NCBI GenBank assembly: GCA_046563655.1
Contig: CM102290.1
Span: forward strand, 9,734,001 to 9,798,000
Direction of reading: 5' to 3'
Length of the DNA: 64,000 bases
Source of the DNA: Yuukianura sp. NJ FZ-2021
Taxonomy: Eukaryota
Part shown: one piece after another, positions 61,083 to 64,000 of the stretch
Layout of the letters: each line of letters opens with the position of its first letter
Position numbering within the stretch: position 1 is the first letter of the stretch
Notes under the pieces: generated by a model
What the model saw: the letters and a program-made list of their open reading frames with translations, nothing else
What the model was told of the DNA's origin: nothing
The model's database searches: none
Program-made: the position numbers and the translations under genes

Positions 61083-64000
61083 GTAATACGCCAATTTATT
61101 TCATTTCAGCTTTTACTTTCTTCGCTTCTTTTTACATTTTAAGAAAATCTACGTTTTAACGGCAGAATTTACGTTTTTAAATTTCAAATTCACTTCTTTT
61201 TTCTATCGGTTACAGTCATTTTCCCAAGTTTTTTTTTAAAACAAAATTTGATTAGTTTTTCACATCCGAATCTGCTCCGAATTTTTGTCATGATCATGTT
61301 ATTTTTCTCACATTAAGGTAATGCAAAAAAATTGTAGGTATTATACGTGGGTTTTTTTTTAGTTCCACGCAAAGTATGAAATTCGAAAATACTAAACGTA
61401 GTATTCGGTTTTTTCCTGAATTTTTTCGGTTTTTGCTTTTGGTCAGATTGGTTTCATTTTCCTTATTTTTGAAAAATATGCCTAGAAACACTTGAAAAAT
61501 GAGGAAAGTTTTTAAAAATAGGAGCTGTGTGCCAAGAGTTAATTCAATGAATTTTTTTTGTAAATGTTAGGAAGTAAACTGGAGGGAATTTGATTCATGT
61601 TGACAAGGGTGGCGGTGAACTGAGTCAGTTTGTCGTTGTCGTCTTTCATTTTGAAACGCTGTTTAAATTTAGTTTCCGATTACACGTTGTTACTTTACTT
61701 TCCTTCTGTTGAGCCATTTGTCATCTTTTAACTCTTTGCTGGCTGGAACAGCAGAAGTTGGAACTTTTTTTTTCTTTTTGAAAAGTTGAAAGTTTGAATT
61801 GGTTCGTATAATATGTCCGGGGGATGATGATGTTTTTGGTGTGCGAGGAGAGCATCTGCTTTCCCTCTGATAAAATAAACCCATTCGTCTCTGCACAAGG
61901 AACATTGTGCAGGGAGAGATTAGAAATTAACTTTTTTTAAATTTTGAACATTTACACAAGTCATCTTCATCCTCCCGGTTTTTTTAAAAGTGGTACTACG
62001 CTCTTAAGTGTGAAAATTGGATCCGGAGGTGTGAAAAGGGAAAAGTGGAGATAAGTGTCCAGTTTCTACTCTCAGATAAACCAGAAAATGAGGAGAAAAG
62101 TTGTCAAAAGTTTTCTTTTCTTTTGTTTGTTTTTCAGAAATTGAGATATGAAAGTTAAATTTTGAAAAGTGAATTTTGAAACTTGAAATGTGATGGTGGT
62201 TGGTCAAGTTGCGCGGGAAATTTAGAATTTGGAAGGAGATGTTGATGATGCTAGATTTTCATCCCCCGAAGTGGGAAAGTGTGAGTTTTTTTTTATTTTG
62301 GGGGAAACTAGGAGTGGATTTGGATTTTTTTTTTGGGTAAAAAAAGTTAAGTCCCGGAGGATGTCAAAGTTCACGCTCAGTGCGTGACCGAGTGTATTGG
62401 CTTAAGAAATTAATAAATTTTGGGTTAGGTTGAGCCTAACCTAAACGTAACCTAATAGGCTACGAGTGATGAAGGTTAATTCTTGGAGACGTTTATGACC
62501 TAGGGAATGGGTAGGATTTGGATTTGAACATGACACAAAGCTGAGGTTTACCACGAAAACCCAACCCCGAAATTTCACTTTCACCCATTTCCACACTACA
62601 AAACAATAACAAATAAACATTTGTCTGGATTTAGGCAAAACTTCTTCCAAATGTTCTCAAAAACATAACCCTACTGTTTCACATTTTTCAGAATTTTAAC
62701 CAATTTTTAAATTTCGTGGAAAAAAAAGTACACTTAACGCTATCTTTTTAGCAACCGAATAAATCTACGCAGTTTTAACTACGATGTAAAATCCTAGTTA
62801 AAACTGCGTGTAAATCTAGTGGCATGCACCCGATTTTACATAGACGAAAAACTTTCGGTGTCGAGTTTGAAAAAATGTCGGTTTCGAGAAATAAATTGAA
62901 ATCACAGCTACAAGTTTTTTTTCTCAGAATACAAAACAACATTCTTGAAAACGAAAAGGAAATCGGAATTTGTTTTTAACAGAATTCGCGTTTGAATTTT
63001 TAATATGCAATGTTAGATTTGATTTTTTTTTCATTTTCGGGTTACGGCTGTTTCGCACCGCATAATTTGTCAGACAAATCAAACAGAAGACAAGTTTTTT
63101 TTCTGTTTGGATTTTGGAAGCTTAGAGAACTCGGTGAGAAGTTTTTTTTGAAAGTCGTGCGATTCAAAAATTTGAAAAATGTGGTTCAACTTTTTTACAT
63201 TGAAAATTTGAAGATGTGGGATAAAGGTTTTGTTATTGTATGTAACTGGAGTGATATTTGTTTTCGGTTGACTTTGTTTTCATGTTTAAGTTTTGATGAT
63301 CTTTGGAAGATGAGGAAGTATTTTGAGTTGAAGTGACAGGGAGCAGCGAAGGAATTGGAGATGAGGCCCTTTGATGAAACGCCGCAGCAGAGGTTACAGT
63401 TACATGTTTTGAAATTTTTGAAAGTTGGCGGGGAAGTTTGAAAAGTTGGAATTGGATTGAAGCGCTGATGTGGTCCCTTGACCTTCTCCTTCCTCCTGTC
63501 CTGTTCCTGTCTAGTGCTGGATGGGAATCTAAATTTGAAGAAAGAAAAAGACAAAACGAAGGACGTAATGAACAATGGGAAATGAGAAATAAGACACAAA
63601 GGAGTCAGTGAGCCTTGAAGGGAGACTTGGGAAGGGAATTCAATAGGTTTTTGGTGAGGTTGGACTTTGTCTAAAAAATACTTTCTGGATAATTACACTT
63701 TTTAGAAAAGAAGAACAAGTTTTGGGAAGGAGGAAAAGGGCAGCTCCGAACACTCATTACAGGAAAACTCAAAAAATACAACTAAATTTAGGCACCCACA
63801 CGTAGACTTTGAGAGAAACATTTTTAGACAATGGAAATTTCATTTTTAGAGTTTCCTTTAAATGGAATAGAGTCTTGTGACCTTTGAGGAATAAACTTGA
63901 CCTTGAGAGAAAAAAAAGTGGAGAAAATTTTTGGTTTTAGAATTCAGAAGTTCGACTTCAAACGATCTGAAAAAACTGGGGCAATGTGAAGCCGGCAAAT

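Overview
Eukaryotic, intron-rich DNA with mostly ~60-100 nt GT-AG introns. It is most likely a compact arthropod genome, inferred from a lolal-type BTB gene and insect-like dachshund and Sbf. Positions 1-43.5 kb are gene-dense: a previously hidden spliced insulin/relaxin-family prepropeptide (minus strand, running off the left edge and not visible as one ORF in the track), beta-COP, Sbf/MTMR13, Rab9, a small orphan with a C-terminal hydrophobic anchor, TRAF6, Suv4-20 (KMT5B-like) with a nested intronic ORF, RpL39, an SLC10 symporter, lolal and TMEM41B/stasimon. From 43.5 to 60.3 kb there is a gene-poor stretch with small inverted-repeat elements, a tRNA-derived doublet and many GCGGGAAA(TTTGAA) motifs. 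This leads to the first coding exon of dachshund, whose intron fills the rest of the window. The best leads are: (1) the gonadulin/Dilp8-like peptide with a Pro/Phe-rich C-peptide; (2) the orphan with a LIR + BH3-like + tail-anchor layout; (3) an alternative stop-containing exon and nested ORF in Suv4-20; (4) an apparent U12-to-U2 conversion of the stasimon minor intron; (5) a 27-nt microexon in Sbf. All gene models were spliced by hand, with no database search or RNA data.
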